NCBI GenBank assembly: GCA_050273025.1
Contig: CP158636.1
Span: forward strand, 1,674,001 to 1,738,000
Direction of reading: 5' to 3'
Length of the DNA stretch: 64,000 nucleotides
Source: Cenococcum geophilum
Taxonomy: Eukaryota
This document shows, one piece after another, positions 27,690-40,579 of this stretch (position 1 is the stretch's first letter; every line of letters begins with the position of its first letter). Position numbers and translations under genes: made by a program. Below the pieces are notes generated by a model. That model worked only from the letters and a program-made list of their open reading frames with translations. It ran no database searches and was not told the DNA's origin.

Positions 27690-28050
27690 TATGTGATCGC
27701 TCCTACTAAGGCCTGTTGACCACGTTGTGTTTGCTAAGGAGAACCCTTCTTGTATAGGCCCTGGGAACTCAAAAAACCGACTCCTCTAAGGCTTCGTTTG
27801 GTTCGCGTCTATTACGCAAATTAACCCCATACGATCTCTTTACTGAGTGCTAGTACCCCTAATACCTAAGAGAGACACCACGCGATCGCTCCTACTAAGG
27901 CCCGTTGATTTCGTCGCGTTTGCTAAGGAGAACCCTTCCTACTAAGGCCCTGGGAACTTAAAGAACTGACTCCTACTAAGGCTTTGTTTGGTTCGCGTCT
28001 ACTACGCAAATTAATACCTAGTACGACCTCTTTACTGAGCGCCAGTACAC
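27690..28050 (+). repeat. ~190-bp tandem duplication in the leader of F
   Basis: GATCGCTCCTACTAAGGCC...AGAACCCTT...GGTTCGCGTCTA...CTCTTTACTGAG occurs twice (from ~27695 and ~27884). Confidence 0.85.
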
Positions 28051-28597
28051 CTAGTAGCGTCAGTAGCACCCCTACCTACACCCCTACCTATACTACGACC
28101 TACACTATGACCTAAACTATAACCTACGCTAGCTAATTATGTCCGATATAAGAACCTAATGTCCGAACTGGGCTAATGGAATTACCCTAACCAACGAGAC
28201 TACTGTAGAGGATATTACTAATTACATTTACTTTAAAATTAATGAGTATACTAGCTATAACTTTAAGGATAAAACCCTATGGGATTTATACTAAGAGGAC
28301 TTTAATAATTTTGAGGTATAAATATTTAAGGAAGCTGATAGGTTTGCAATTAAAAGACTTAAATAACTGCTTTGACGTAATGGAGTATGGGTCTTTAATA
28401 AAAAGAGCAAGCTAGTACCGTAAGCACTGTATGACGTCGCTTATGAGGACGACTGTACGGAATGGTTAGATGCAGAAATTCAGCTATATATTAACAGCGA
28501 AGGACCCTTTAATTTGTATGCTATTAACTATCGTCTTAAATTACGCCTACTTGCTACTACCCTTAGGACACCTCAACTACCTGCTGCGTCTATACCC

Positions 28598-28880
28598 TAG
28601 CAAGCTCCGTCTATATAAGCTTCGTCCGCGCAATCTCCGTCTGCGTAAGCTCCGCCTACGTAAGCCCTATTTGCACAAGCCCCGTCTACGCAAGCTCCGT
28701 CTATATAAGCTCCGCCTACATAAGCTCCGTCTGTGTAAGCTCCGCCTACATAAGCCTTATCTGTACAAGCTCCGTCTGCGTAAGCTCCGCCTATGTAAGC
28801 TTTGCCTACGCAAGCTCCGTCTATAGAAGCTCTGCCTGCGCAAGCTCCGTCTGTATAAGCTCCGCCCGCGTAAGCTCCGC
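28598..28880 (+). repeat. 15-bp tandem array (~18-19 units, CAAGCTCCGYCTRYR) encoding QAPSA/QAPPT-like gag low-complexity region
   Basis: Directly visible. It generates the spurious ORFs 28470-28826 and 28597-29097. Confidence 0.9.
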
Positions 28881-31800
28881 TAGCTTCACTCTCCCCCTTA
28901 ACTAAAGCTAAGGACCTATAGTAGCTAAGCTTGTACGAACCTCCGTAACCTGCCCGGCAATAGCGTAACTTAGCTCCAGCTGTCTTAAATAACCTTCCTC
29001 CTATAACCGAGCTCCCCTTGCCTACAAACGTTACAGCTACTTCTACAAACGTTACGGCTCCCTCTACGAACGTCACGGTTCCCTCTATAAATGTCACAGC
29101 TCCCTCTACGAATACCCCTATAACACCTTAAACACCTATTGCATTTATATCCCAACAGCCTACCCAGCAGCAGTAGTACGACCCTTAGTAACCTAGCTAA
29201 TAGCAGCATACCCTATTGCAATTTACCCGACAATAGTAACTAGACCTAGAAGGAGGAGGAACAACGATATATAATGCTTAGTTATCAGCCCTTTTACCTA
29301 TTTTCCCCTATAGACACCCCGGTAACACCTTGTACGCGTCTACCTGTCTCCACCGCAATATCCGAATGTTCACGATATCCGCAATATTCGCAATATCCGT
29401 AGCGATATCCGCAATATCCGTAACAATATCCGCAACGTCTGCAATATCCGTAATATTCGCAATACCCGAGACATTCGCGATTACTGCCCTGAGCACCTGT
29501 TGACCTATATACTTCTCCTTTATACTTTCTTACCTTCTTTCCTTTTTATAAATATCGCCAGTGTCTGTATAAGTAGAGGTTACGTAGTCATGTCTCTGAT
29601 TAGTTATCCTTACGGTGACTTATCAGCCCCCTATTTAGGCACCGCGATCCTTACAATCCTCTGCGAAAGACATAAATAAATTAAAGAACCTGTTACCTTA
29701 TATTGCAATTGCAGTACCCCCCTAGGTGATACCGACATAGTCTAATGCATTTATTTCTATAATTGTCTCTAGTCCTAATTAATATATCTTAAGAACTGGC
29801 TCCTGGGTAAACAACTCTTTAATCTTTTTAAATAATTCTTGCTGTTCTTTTCCCTATACCTATAGTTTTTCTTTCTTTATTAATCGCGTAAATGGTTTAA
29901 TATCCTTTAACTATTATGCTATAAACCTTCTACAGTAATTACAAACCCCTAGAAATGATCTTAACTGTATAACGTTCTTTAGTTCTTACTAATTTACTAT
30001 AGCCTTAATCTTTTTTAGATCTATGCTAAGTTGGCCTAGTTTAATAATAAATCTAATAAAATCTATCTTCCTAGTAAAGAATTCGCATTTCTTAATTATT
30101 ACTAGCATTTATTCTTCCTATAGTCTCTTTAAGACCCATTTAACGTGTTCCCCGTATTCTTCCTTAGTTATTAAGTAGATAATAATATTATTAAGGTATA
30201 CTATAACAAATTTATCTAAGTGTTCCCCTAACACGTTCTTAATACGCTTTTAAAATATTACTAATGCGTTTATAAGCCCGAATTGTATAACTAATAGCTT
30301 ATATAGTCCTTCCTTTAACCTAAAGGCTGCCTTCTATTTATCGCCTTCCTTAATCCTAATCTAATAGTACGCCCATCTTAGATCTATCTTTATAAAGATT
30401 TACGTATTACCTATCCTATCTTAGATTTCGCTAATTAAGGGTAAAGGATACCTATCCTTTCTAGTAATACTATTTAACTATCTATAGTTAATATACAGCC
30501 TTAGTTTACCATTTTTCTTTAGTATAAATAGTACTGGATAACCTGCTAATGACTATAGTGGTCTAATATATCCCTTTTATAAATTTTCCTAAACAAACTC
30601 TTTTAATGCTTTACCCTCTTCTTTAGTAAGCTTATAAATTAGAAAGAACCTTAGACTTATTCCTAGTTCTAACTCTATTTTATAGTCCTATACTATATAC
30701 TTTAATAGCCCCCCACTTTCTAGTAACTATAATTTCTTGCCATACTTATGGTATCTCTTTAGTATATAACTTAGTCCTTTCTCTATTTCTTTATAGGTTG
30801 CCCCTACTTAGTACTATACTATCTTAGCTTATTACCGCATTTTACGTTATTAAGTATTTTTAATATTATCTTGGCCTATAACCTAATTAATCTTTAGATT
30901 ATATTTCTATAACTAAGGCATTCCTAATACTGCCTTATTATTCCCTAATAGTAATATATTAAAAGACATCTTAATCTATCTTCCTTTAATAGTTAACTAA
31001 ATAGGTCCTGTTTTAAGGTTAATAATACCTCCTCTATAGGCTATCGGATCTCCTAAAATTGTCACTAATAGGTAAAGGTGCTCTTTTTTCCGATATGGTA
31101 ATCCTATCCTTTTAACTACTGCTAGTAAGATATGGTTTCTTGTTACTCTACTATCTATTAGTACTTTAAACTACTAATCTTACTATTTAATTTATAAATT
31201 TAGATGTCGTTCTTAAATTCCTTTAAGGGTTTAAGGCTCTACTACTAGTTCCCTTTAGTCCTATAGGCCTCTACTTTTCCTAACTATTAGCTGCTTAATC
31301 CTATTTATACTTAGTTTATCTTTAGCCAATACTTAGTTCGCTTTTTGTCTTTAATATACTATAAACACGTATTCTCTAAACATTTCTACTACTATTATCC
31401 GTCTAGGTATTCTTTCGTAAGGAATCTTTTTAGCTAAAGTATTAAGTTACCTAACTCCTAAACTTCTACTAGATGCCAGCTATATATATACTTAGCATTT
31501 TAATACTTCTATTCTTCTACTAACTAATATATTCTTATAAGGTATTTCTAATACTTATCCTTTAGTGCTTTATGCATGTTATATATATTATCCACGTATA
31601 TAATCTATACCAATATATAATATACTTAGTGCTTTAGATTAACTCTCGGTTTGTTTTTATCCTTAAGTTTAAACCTCTATTATATTAATCTAAACGTTAT
31701 AACTTTATTTATAGGTACTAAGATATGTCTTTTACTTCTTTAGTCCTCTAAACGCTCCTTTAGATCTTTTAATATTATAATTAAGGCTCCCTTAATATAA

Positions 31801-33454
31801 CTTATTGCCTTTTCCATAATTAGGTAGTCTTAGATAACTTTCTTATCTAACTATATATAGAAATCTTCCCACTTATTGTTATGCCTTTACCTATACTACT
31901 TTTAGTATAGCTGCTAGAGTGTATACGGTTCGTTCGTAAAGAAGTATCTTCTTATTACTATATTGTAACAGCCCTTTATATGTCGTTCTTTAAACCTAGT
32001 TAAAATCCCTAGATTCTCTTCATTTTCCAGTTTAGTAAGCTACTTAGCTCTTAGTATACCTGCCCTAGGCCTATTAGTAATTCTTTATATAGGTACTCTA
32101 TCCCTTATACGGCCTAGTATACTAAATCTCTTATCTAGTTTCTATTCTTACTATAAGGTAATTCTTACTCTAAATTCCTCTATAGTTTCTTTCTTTTCGC
32201 GTCTTATAAGTAGATTCTTAAAGTCTTCTTACTTCTTAATCGTGGTATTAATTTTTCGATCCTTAGGCTAAACACTATATTCCCCTAGTAAGTCTTTTAG
32301 GTCTATATACCTATCTCCTAATCTAGTTACTATTTATACCGCAGATTCTCTAATCTTATTAATAGTCCTTATTTATGTCTTAAAGTCTTAGTTCTATAGG
32401 ATTCTTAATCCTAAGCTTACTTCTAGCTTAAGCTTTACTCTAGCCTTTATCTAACTAGACTTACTTAGTATTCTTATCTCGTCTTAAGAGTCTTAAATCT
32501 CACTTATCTTACTTTAAAAATCTTATACCTGTAGAAAACTCTATCCTAAGCTTATTTATATATCTTTAAACTAAGCTACTACCCTACTCTATCAGTTCCT
32601 GTCTATTGTAGGTCTTTAGGTATACCTTATCTCGTCTTAAGAGTCTTAGTTATCTTACATCTCGTCTTAAAAATCTTAAGCCTTTAGCCTTTTACCTTTA
32701 TTAAGTACTAAAGTAGTTCGCTATCCTACTTTTCTTACGTCTTATAAAGTAATAGATACCGTATCTAATAGGGTCTTAATCCCTACTAATATTCCCTATT
32801 CTATAGTAGAATTATCCTCTACCTCTTATATAATATCTCTAAGGTCTATATACTTATAGTAAGCTACCTTTATTACCTTATCGTTATAAAGTGTTTCGCC
32901 TATATTAAATTTATCGTCCTTAATATCCGGTCTGCAAACTAGTTCATTAGTTCCTCTATACTCTAAGGATTTTAGCTCCTATAGCTAATAGCTTATACTA
33001 TACTTAGCGTCTTTATAAATTTAGTATGCGTTATTATAACAAAACGTAAAACTTTTAATTAAATATTCTTTTATTCCTTATAGCGCACTATTATCCCTTT
33101 ATATGTGTGTATCTTCTATTACTAGTCTAGTTCCCTTTATTATATAGTAACTCTAACTATTTTTATAATCCCTTATAAAATAACCTTATTTTCTATAATT
33201 TATATAAGCTCTATCTTTAAACTATTAACTTTACTATAGAGTCCGCCTAAACGTCTTCTACTACTAAGATCCCTAGTTTAGCCTCTACTCCTTAGTCCTA
33301 TAATTACTAGATCCTTAACCTCTAGGTTTTTATAGTTTCTTACTCTATCTCTTATAGGCTTCTTTAATACTACTTAGGTCTATTAGCTCTACGCTATACT
33401 ATAGTTTCTAACTTAGCTTTAGTTATTATATACTCTACGTCTTATACAACTATA

Positions 33455-36400
33455 TGTCACGGAGTGAGCATAAGCGGTAATAATATATAGCGAAGTAGGT
33501 ATTATTAAGCTATATATATAAACTGCGTGATAAAGTTAAGACGTTGCGTAAAGAAAGAAGGTAGGAAAACGGGAAGAAAGGGCATATATTGTTGACTTAG
33601 TTGCTTGGTTAATACATGCATAGGCAGAATAGGGTTTAGGTTATAGTCCTGGCAGAACTTAATAGAATTTAGTGGAACTTGGCAGAATATAGCAGAATGC
33701 CGTAGATTGCCGTTAGATTGCCATTAGATTGCCGTTAGATTGCTATTTCGCGGTTAGTCTTTAATTGCTAAGTTAGTAGAAATAGGTGGACGTGTACAAG
33801 GTGTTACGGGGGTGTTCCGTAATAGTACCCCCCCTTTAAACTTGAGCTTCTGCAAGATAGGGCTGTGGTAGTTCTAGGTGGAGTTCGTAAAAGTCTTCTA
33901 TAGCTTGTGTAAGTCCTATAGAGTTAATGGGTTCCTATAAGGACTCGGTAAAGCCTCTCTATTTTATAAGATATATATATTGGCGTTTCCGTTTATTGTA
34001 CTTAATATCGTCAATTCTTTTAATAAAGTATTTATTCTTACCATCTACTTTAACTAGTAGGGGAGGGTCTTATATCTGTCTAGGCAGGGCGTCTAATATA
34101 GGGGTAGTAGGGTAGAGGACTAACATATAGAATACGGGGTAGATTTTAACTGTATTAGGGAGCTTTAGTTAGTAGGCATAAGGAAAGATAACCTTTTTAA
34201 CCTTATAAGGGCCAGCGGTCTTCTAATTAAGTTTCTTAGTAGGTCGTTTTATGTTCAGATTTCTTATATCTAGCTAGATAAAATCGCCAATTTGGTAGGC
34301 CAGTGCTAGGGTTTATTTCTTATTCGCTGCGGCTTTATAGACAGATTAAGCCCATATCATCTTATTAATAAGGAACTGTTATAGTTCCTCTATCTTCTCT
34401 ATAAATTTATTTACTTCTATGACTTATAAGGCGTAATAAGTAAGGTAAGAAACATTACTAAAGGGTTTAAAACCTATTTATAGGTGCTAGCTGTAATTAG
34501 CTAGGAACGGGGAGACTTTCGTAGTTTCTAAGACGGAATTATTTACAGTAAACTCGGCAAATGCGAGCTAGTTAATCTAGTTATCCTATAAATACGACGT
34601 GTATATCCGAATATACTATTCTATTATAGCATTTACGCGTTCCGTTTAGCCATCCGTTTCTAGGTAATATGCAATAAATAATAGTGCTTTAATACGGAGT
34701 TGAGTAGTTAGTTCCTTCTAGAATACTAAAATAAACTAGCTACCTCTATCGGAGATAATCGTTTTGGGGAGTCTATAGAGTTTCTATACGTAATTTAGGA
34801 ATAGTTAGGCGACGGCAGGCATTAATATATCGGGGCAGGCGATTAAGTGTCTTATTTTAAATAGTCGGTCTATAACTACTATAATGTTTATACAGCCTCT
34901 ACTCTTAAGAAGGTTAACAATAAAGTTAATTAAGATATCCTTTTATCTTCGGTCCAAAACGGGCAGCGGCTTTAAAAGGCCGTTATACATCTTATACAAG
35001 GCTTTAGCTCATCGGCAGGTATAGCAGCTAGAGACGTACCTTTATATTATATTATATATATTCGGCCAATAATACTCCCGTTAGAGTAGTTTTAGGGTCT
35101 TTTCTTAGCCTAGGTGGCTAGCGATAGGTAAATCATATACGTGTTTAAGGAGTTTAAGCTTAAGCTTATTATAATTAGGGATAACTAGACGGTTCCGGTA
35201 ATATAAGCGATTTCCACGGGCTTTATATTTACTTAAAGAAATCTTTTTAGAGCGTCTAATGCTATCTTACATTAGCTTAAGCGTCTTTTAAATAAACTTG
35301 TTATTTGGGTATTCGTCAACTATAATCTATTTAATTAATTGATCAGTTATTTCAAGGACGTATACCATAAGATCTTTAATAGGAGGGTTAAATAGTTTAG
35401 GGCGAAGCAGGGTCTAATTTTGGTAAGAGCGCGCTTCTTCTAGGGCTGGCGCGTCTTACAAGCGTTAGGTTAGGGCATTAGGCTTCTAACCTTAGACGCC
35501 TAGGCAGTATATAATTAAGAATCGGAAACGAGATAGATATTCTAACTAATAGGCCTAATAATAACTTAGCTATTTTATGGTCGTGAAGTACTATAGGTTC
35601 TTATGGTTGCTAAAGACCTTAATCGGAAATCCAGCGCCTTCTAGTTTAGGTTACCATTGTTTAAAACACCTAATAATAGCTAATAATTCCTTATCGTAGA
35701 TCTCGTAGTTATATTTAGCTGGGCTTAGTCGTTTTAAAAAGTATACTATAGGGTATAATACTCTATCCTCGTTATACTAAGACAGGATGCCTTCGGTGAC
35801 GTAGTTAGATAAGTCGGCTTCTATAACACTTATTTGGTTCGGGTTAAAGTATTAGAGTACAGGCGCAGTAGTAAACATGACCTTTAGATAGGTAAAGGCC
35901 TTCTTACATTCCTTATTAAAGACAAAGACTTTATCCTTTTAGGTTAGAGCTATAAGGGGTAAAACCAGGGCGGAGAAGTTATTAATAAACCGTTGGTAGA
36001 AATTAGCAAATCCTATAAAGGCTCTTACGTCCTTAACGTTCTTAGGTTCTTGCCAGTTTATAATTGCTTTGACTTTCTTTAGGTCCATTTATATACCGTT
36101 TATAGAAATAAGGAGTTTAAGGTATAGGACTTCCGTTTTATAGAACTTGTATTTATCTATATCTAATTATAGACTAGCTCCGTATAGGGCTTATAAAACA
36201 AGATTAACGTATTTCTAATATTTAGTTAGGTTATTACTGTATATTAGGATGTTGTTAATATAAGCAGTATAGAAGATGTCTAGGTAGGGGCGTAGGGTAT
36301 TATTTATATAATGTTAAAACGAGCTCGGGGCGTTTATAAGGCCAAAGGGTATTACTAAGTACTTAAATAGTCTATATTGGGTACGAAATGCAGTAAGCTA

Positions 36401-39316
36401 TTCGTCCCCTTTTATAATGCGGAGACGGTTAAATATAGAGATAATATTAAGCTTCGTGTAGTAACAAGCCTTACTTAGTCAGTTTAGTGTCTTCTATATT
36501 AACGGGATCGGATATTAGTTCTTAATGGTAACGGCGTTAAAAACTTAGTAGTCTACATAGAAGCGCAGACCGCCGCCAGGTTTCTTAACAAAGATTACTG
36601 GTACGGCTATAGGCGATAAGCTTACTCTAATAAATCCTTTACTTAGGTTCTTATTTAAATACTTTTATAGTACTTAGAGTTTATTTTAGGACATCCCGTA
36701 TAAGGGTCTAAATCTAGGCTGCTTTCCTTCTTTAAGTACAATCTTATAGTTATATAATTGGTGTTCCAGTAGCTTATCGGCTTCCTTCTATAAGAATGCC
36801 TCTAGGCGGTTATAGTACTCTACTAGTACCTTCATAGCAGGGTCAGTGTGCTTCTTTAGTACTAAGGCCTTCTTAATATCAGCTATAGTAACAGCAAAGA
36901 TTATATATTTAGGTTTCTTAGTAAGTTACGCTAACAGAGTAGCTCTAATTATGCGGATATCTAGGGTACTGAGCTCGTTTGGCTCGTCCATAGTTTCTTA
37001 TTTAGGTTTAGGTTCAGTATTAGGTACGGAGTTAGTATTAGATTTAGGTTCGGGTTCTTTAAGTATTCTTTTTATCGTAGGATACTAGTTCTTTTAATAG
37101 TTTTATATGCTAAGCTTAAGTTTCTATTTAGTTTGGGGTGGTGTAGTGCTTAGTAATAACTTATGGAGCTTAGTGGAATTTTTAGATCCTTAGTGGGTGT
37201 CGGTGGAATTCTTATGTTGGTGGAATTCGGTAGAAATCTTACGTTGGTGGAATTTAGTAGAATCTTTAGATTTTAGTTCTAGGTCTAAGTAACGAGTTAT
37301 AAAGCACTTCTGCTTATAACGGGAGGCGGTAAATAGAAGCTTAAGGTTGTCCTAATTAATAGTTACCTTATATAGCTTTATCTAGGGTTGTCTAAGGATT
37401 ACTAAGTAACCTAGGGTGGTAACGAAAAGCTTAATTAGTTCTTTATAGTTTAGGTATTAAAGTCTTAGGGTTACTACGTGGGTAATACGGCTTAAGACGG
37501 TGCGTTTGCCATTAAATCTAAATACGTCAATATGCCGGTTAAGGGGGGTTAGGGTAAAACTATTATCTTATATAAAGATCTTGTTAATAAATCCTATGCC
37601 GCTAGCTCTTATATTAATTAGGATTTAAGCGTTAGCCTATCAACCATTCTGCTAAAGATAATAGTTAATAGTTATGCTACGGTCCTAAGAGTCGGAGTTT
37701 ATAACGTTAAATGCGTTTAACGAGATCCTGTAGTAGAGCCGTCCCGGAAAGCAACTTAGCTTTAGGACCTTCCTTTTAGAGGCGATTAGGGTGGGGTTCT
37801 TATAGGACGTCGGCTATAGCTTCGTCCTTATAAATGGTGCTTGCTAGACATAGGGGTGGAACTAGATAAAGATTAGGGACGGTAACCGGAAGATTAATGT
37901 GGTAAACGGCTACTAGTGCTAGCCGTTTATAAATTGTTTTAGGGTATAGGGACGGAGCAGTAGTTTAAGAGGTAGGAGCTACTTTTATATTTAAAGTAGA
38001 GGCCTAGCTTAATGCGTTATTCTTATTTAGAGGACCCTAATAGGGCGTATCCTAGGGTCCTAGTGTTAATATCTATAGCGTTAGGGTGCTTGGGTTAAGA
38101 TAATAACTTAGTAGACATTCGCAGGGTTGTTATATTATACCGATAAACGGGCTTTAGTATAAGGCGTAGTATATTATTATACCGTTTATTAATAACGTTT
38201 ACGCAGGCGTTAAGAGTTTCCAGGAGGTCTACGCCTATTAGGGAGGTTTTTAGTTTAGGGCTTAAGGACTTAATAAGGCTGTTAATTAGTGCGGAGTTAT
38301 TCTAGCCTATTTCCTTTACGTAGCGGTTGAATTCAGAGAAGTATACTAGGAAACTTTTCTTTTCTTAAGTTATTTGGTTTATCTTTCTTTAAGCGGTGGC
38401 TTGGCGGTTTAGGTTACTATATATAGCTTTAAGAAGTATAACTAGGCTTTATACTAAGTTTAGTTAAAGAGGTTTAATAAGGTTAGCTGCGTCTCCTCCT
38501 AGTTAACTTAGGGCGTAATAGAGTTAGTTGGCTTTGGTTAGGTAGCGGTTAGCATTACTAGTTAGCTTATTCTTAAGCCAGCTTAAGAATAACTAAAGCT
38601 CTTATTATTTACCGGTAAATACTAGGGGGTCTAGTAGTTTCTTAGATCGTTTTAGTGCAGTAGTCGGTTCTATAGGGTAAGTAACTACTACTAATTTAGG
38701 GCTTACATTCCGCGTGTTTATCTCCGGAGATAGCGTTTGGTCTTAGGGCCTTAATATAGGCATCTTAAGGATGCGGACTTCTTCTTAAAGTGCTTCAATC
38801 AATTGTTATTGTCGTGCTTCTTGTTCGGCTTGCTGTCGAGTCAAAGTGGCTTAGTGCTGTGCAGCCATAATAGCGTCGGCCGTTGCGGGGGCTTTAGGGT
38901 CGTTCTGCATTTTCAAAGGGTAGTGTGAGTTTTTAACACAACGTAGTGTCACGGAGTGAGCATAAGCGGTGATAATATATAGCGAAGTAGGTATTATTAA
39001 GCTATGTACATAAACTGCGTAATAAAGTCAAGACGTTGCGTAAGGAAAGAAGGTAGGAAAATAGGAAGAAAGGGCATATATCGTTAACTTGGTTACTTGG
39101 TTAACACGTACATAGGCAGAATAGGGTTTAGGTTGTGGTCCTAGCAGAACTTAGTAGAATTTGGTGGAACTTGGCAGAATATAGCAGAATGCCGTAGATT
39201 GCCGTTAGATTGCCATTAGATTGCCGTTAGATTGCCATTTCGCGGTTAGTCTTTAATTGCTAAGTCGGTGGAAACAGGTGGATGTGTGTAAGGTGTCACG
39301 GGGGTGTCCCGTGACA
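33455..39316 (-). mobile_element. Full-length chromoviral Gypsy element G (RIP-degraded), inserted in gag of D
   Basis: 370-bp LTRs at 33455-33824 and 38947-39316; TSD CTATA at 33450-33454 and 39317-39321; PPT complement GTACCCCCCCTTT after 33824. RT motif [11 protein letters not shown](Y/C)VD at ~36550-36593, plus integrase and chromodomain remnants. Confidence 0.92.
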
Positions 39317-40396
39317 CTATAGAACTCTATCCTAACCTCTCTTAGCCTATTTCCTTTAGTAGATCTAATTATTAATCTTAATTGCTTAATCTATTAACTC
39401 TTTTAAGGTATCCGCATCTTCCATTAAAATAATTACGTCCTAGATTTTAGCCTTAAGTCCTTACTTATACTATGCCATAAGCGCCCTATTATTCCACTTA
39501 ACTTATATTACTAGCGTCTAGAACTATATTATATACTTAATTGCTAAGGTTTATTATATAATGTCTTAGAGTTTTCTTTCCGCTATAGTTACCGCCTTTA
39601 GGTCTCTAAATATTTATATAAGTCGCTCCGTGAACCCTTCTTAGCTTAAGAATATAAATTATACATCTTAGTTAGTGGTCGTTATTCTATTTGCCTATAT
39701 TTCCATAAAGTAAGGTTTAAACCACTTAAGTACTCTTTCTAACAGGAATAGTCCCGTATAGGCTATTCAATCTATAGGTGTTAGTAGCTTTACCCCTTCT
39801 TATATAACTTTAAAGTACATTTGCGTAAGGAATCCTTTAAGCTTTAATCTTTCTCCTAAGTACCTCTCGATTAATAGTAACTTAATCTTTACTACTCTTA
39901 TCCTATTAACCCTTTCTTCTAGTGCCGCATTATTTGTTATTAACTAGTTAACTATCTCTTATAGCTATCCGACCGTTACAGGTTATTAAGAGTTAGTATC
40001 CGCTATACTAGTGTCTCCTCTTAACCTTAAAGTAGTTGCCGCCATCGATGGCGTTATAGTGGCTACTTTTAGTAATATATTGTTTAACTTTCTATATTTA
40101 ATACCGTAACTAGGTAGTAATTATATAACAGAACCTTATAGTAGGAACTATAATAGGCTCGTTAATAGGCTAGGTATATAGGTAATGCAAATTAAAGTTA
40201 ATAACGTAATAATAACTGGTGGAGTGGTTACCTAATAGATTAACTTTAATTATATTCTAAGAATTACTATAAGGAAGTAACTATCTAGGTAGGGGCTATA
40301 GTCCTTTAAATACACAACCGTACTTTTATAAAATCCTCCTTATATATAATATACGTATATTCTATCTACTCTATTATGGATTATATAGATCCTATA

Positions 40397-40579
40397 TGTA
40401 ACCGACTACCGGTACCATGTTAAAACGTCATTTGTCTCACTAGTGTACCACCTTGTTTCAGTTACCTAGCCCTTGACTCGCTTACCGACTTGGTCTACTT
40501 TCATGTATTTATACCACTTGGTTTCCATAGATTTACAATTAAGTTGCTTGTTCAATTCCCACACACTGCAAAGCTTACA
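40397..40579. mobile_element. Solo LTR (183 bp) inserted in the 5' LTR of D
   Basis: TGTAAC...GCTTACA ends; TSD CTATA at 40392-40396 and 40580-40584; absent from the partner LTR at 24454-24877. Confidence 0.85.

Larger units (their letters stand above)
27463..29737 (+). mobile_element. Non-autonomous, internally deleted Copia-like LTR element F (176-bp LTRs)
   Basis: LTRs at 27463-27638 and 29562-29737; TSD TAGTC at 27458-27462 and 29738-29742. A gag N-terminal remnant at ~28200-28400 (YITFKINEY..TLWDLY.EDF..F..RNGVWV) is homologous to the Copia gag at ~11800-11970. No pol. Confidence 0.85.

Noticed and set aside
28470..29496. ORFs with KLRLR / GAYxD / DIA repeats
   Set aside because: Off-frame or antisense readings of 15-, 21- and 9-bp tandem arrays inside element F. 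They are not CRISPR-like either, as there are no unique spacers.
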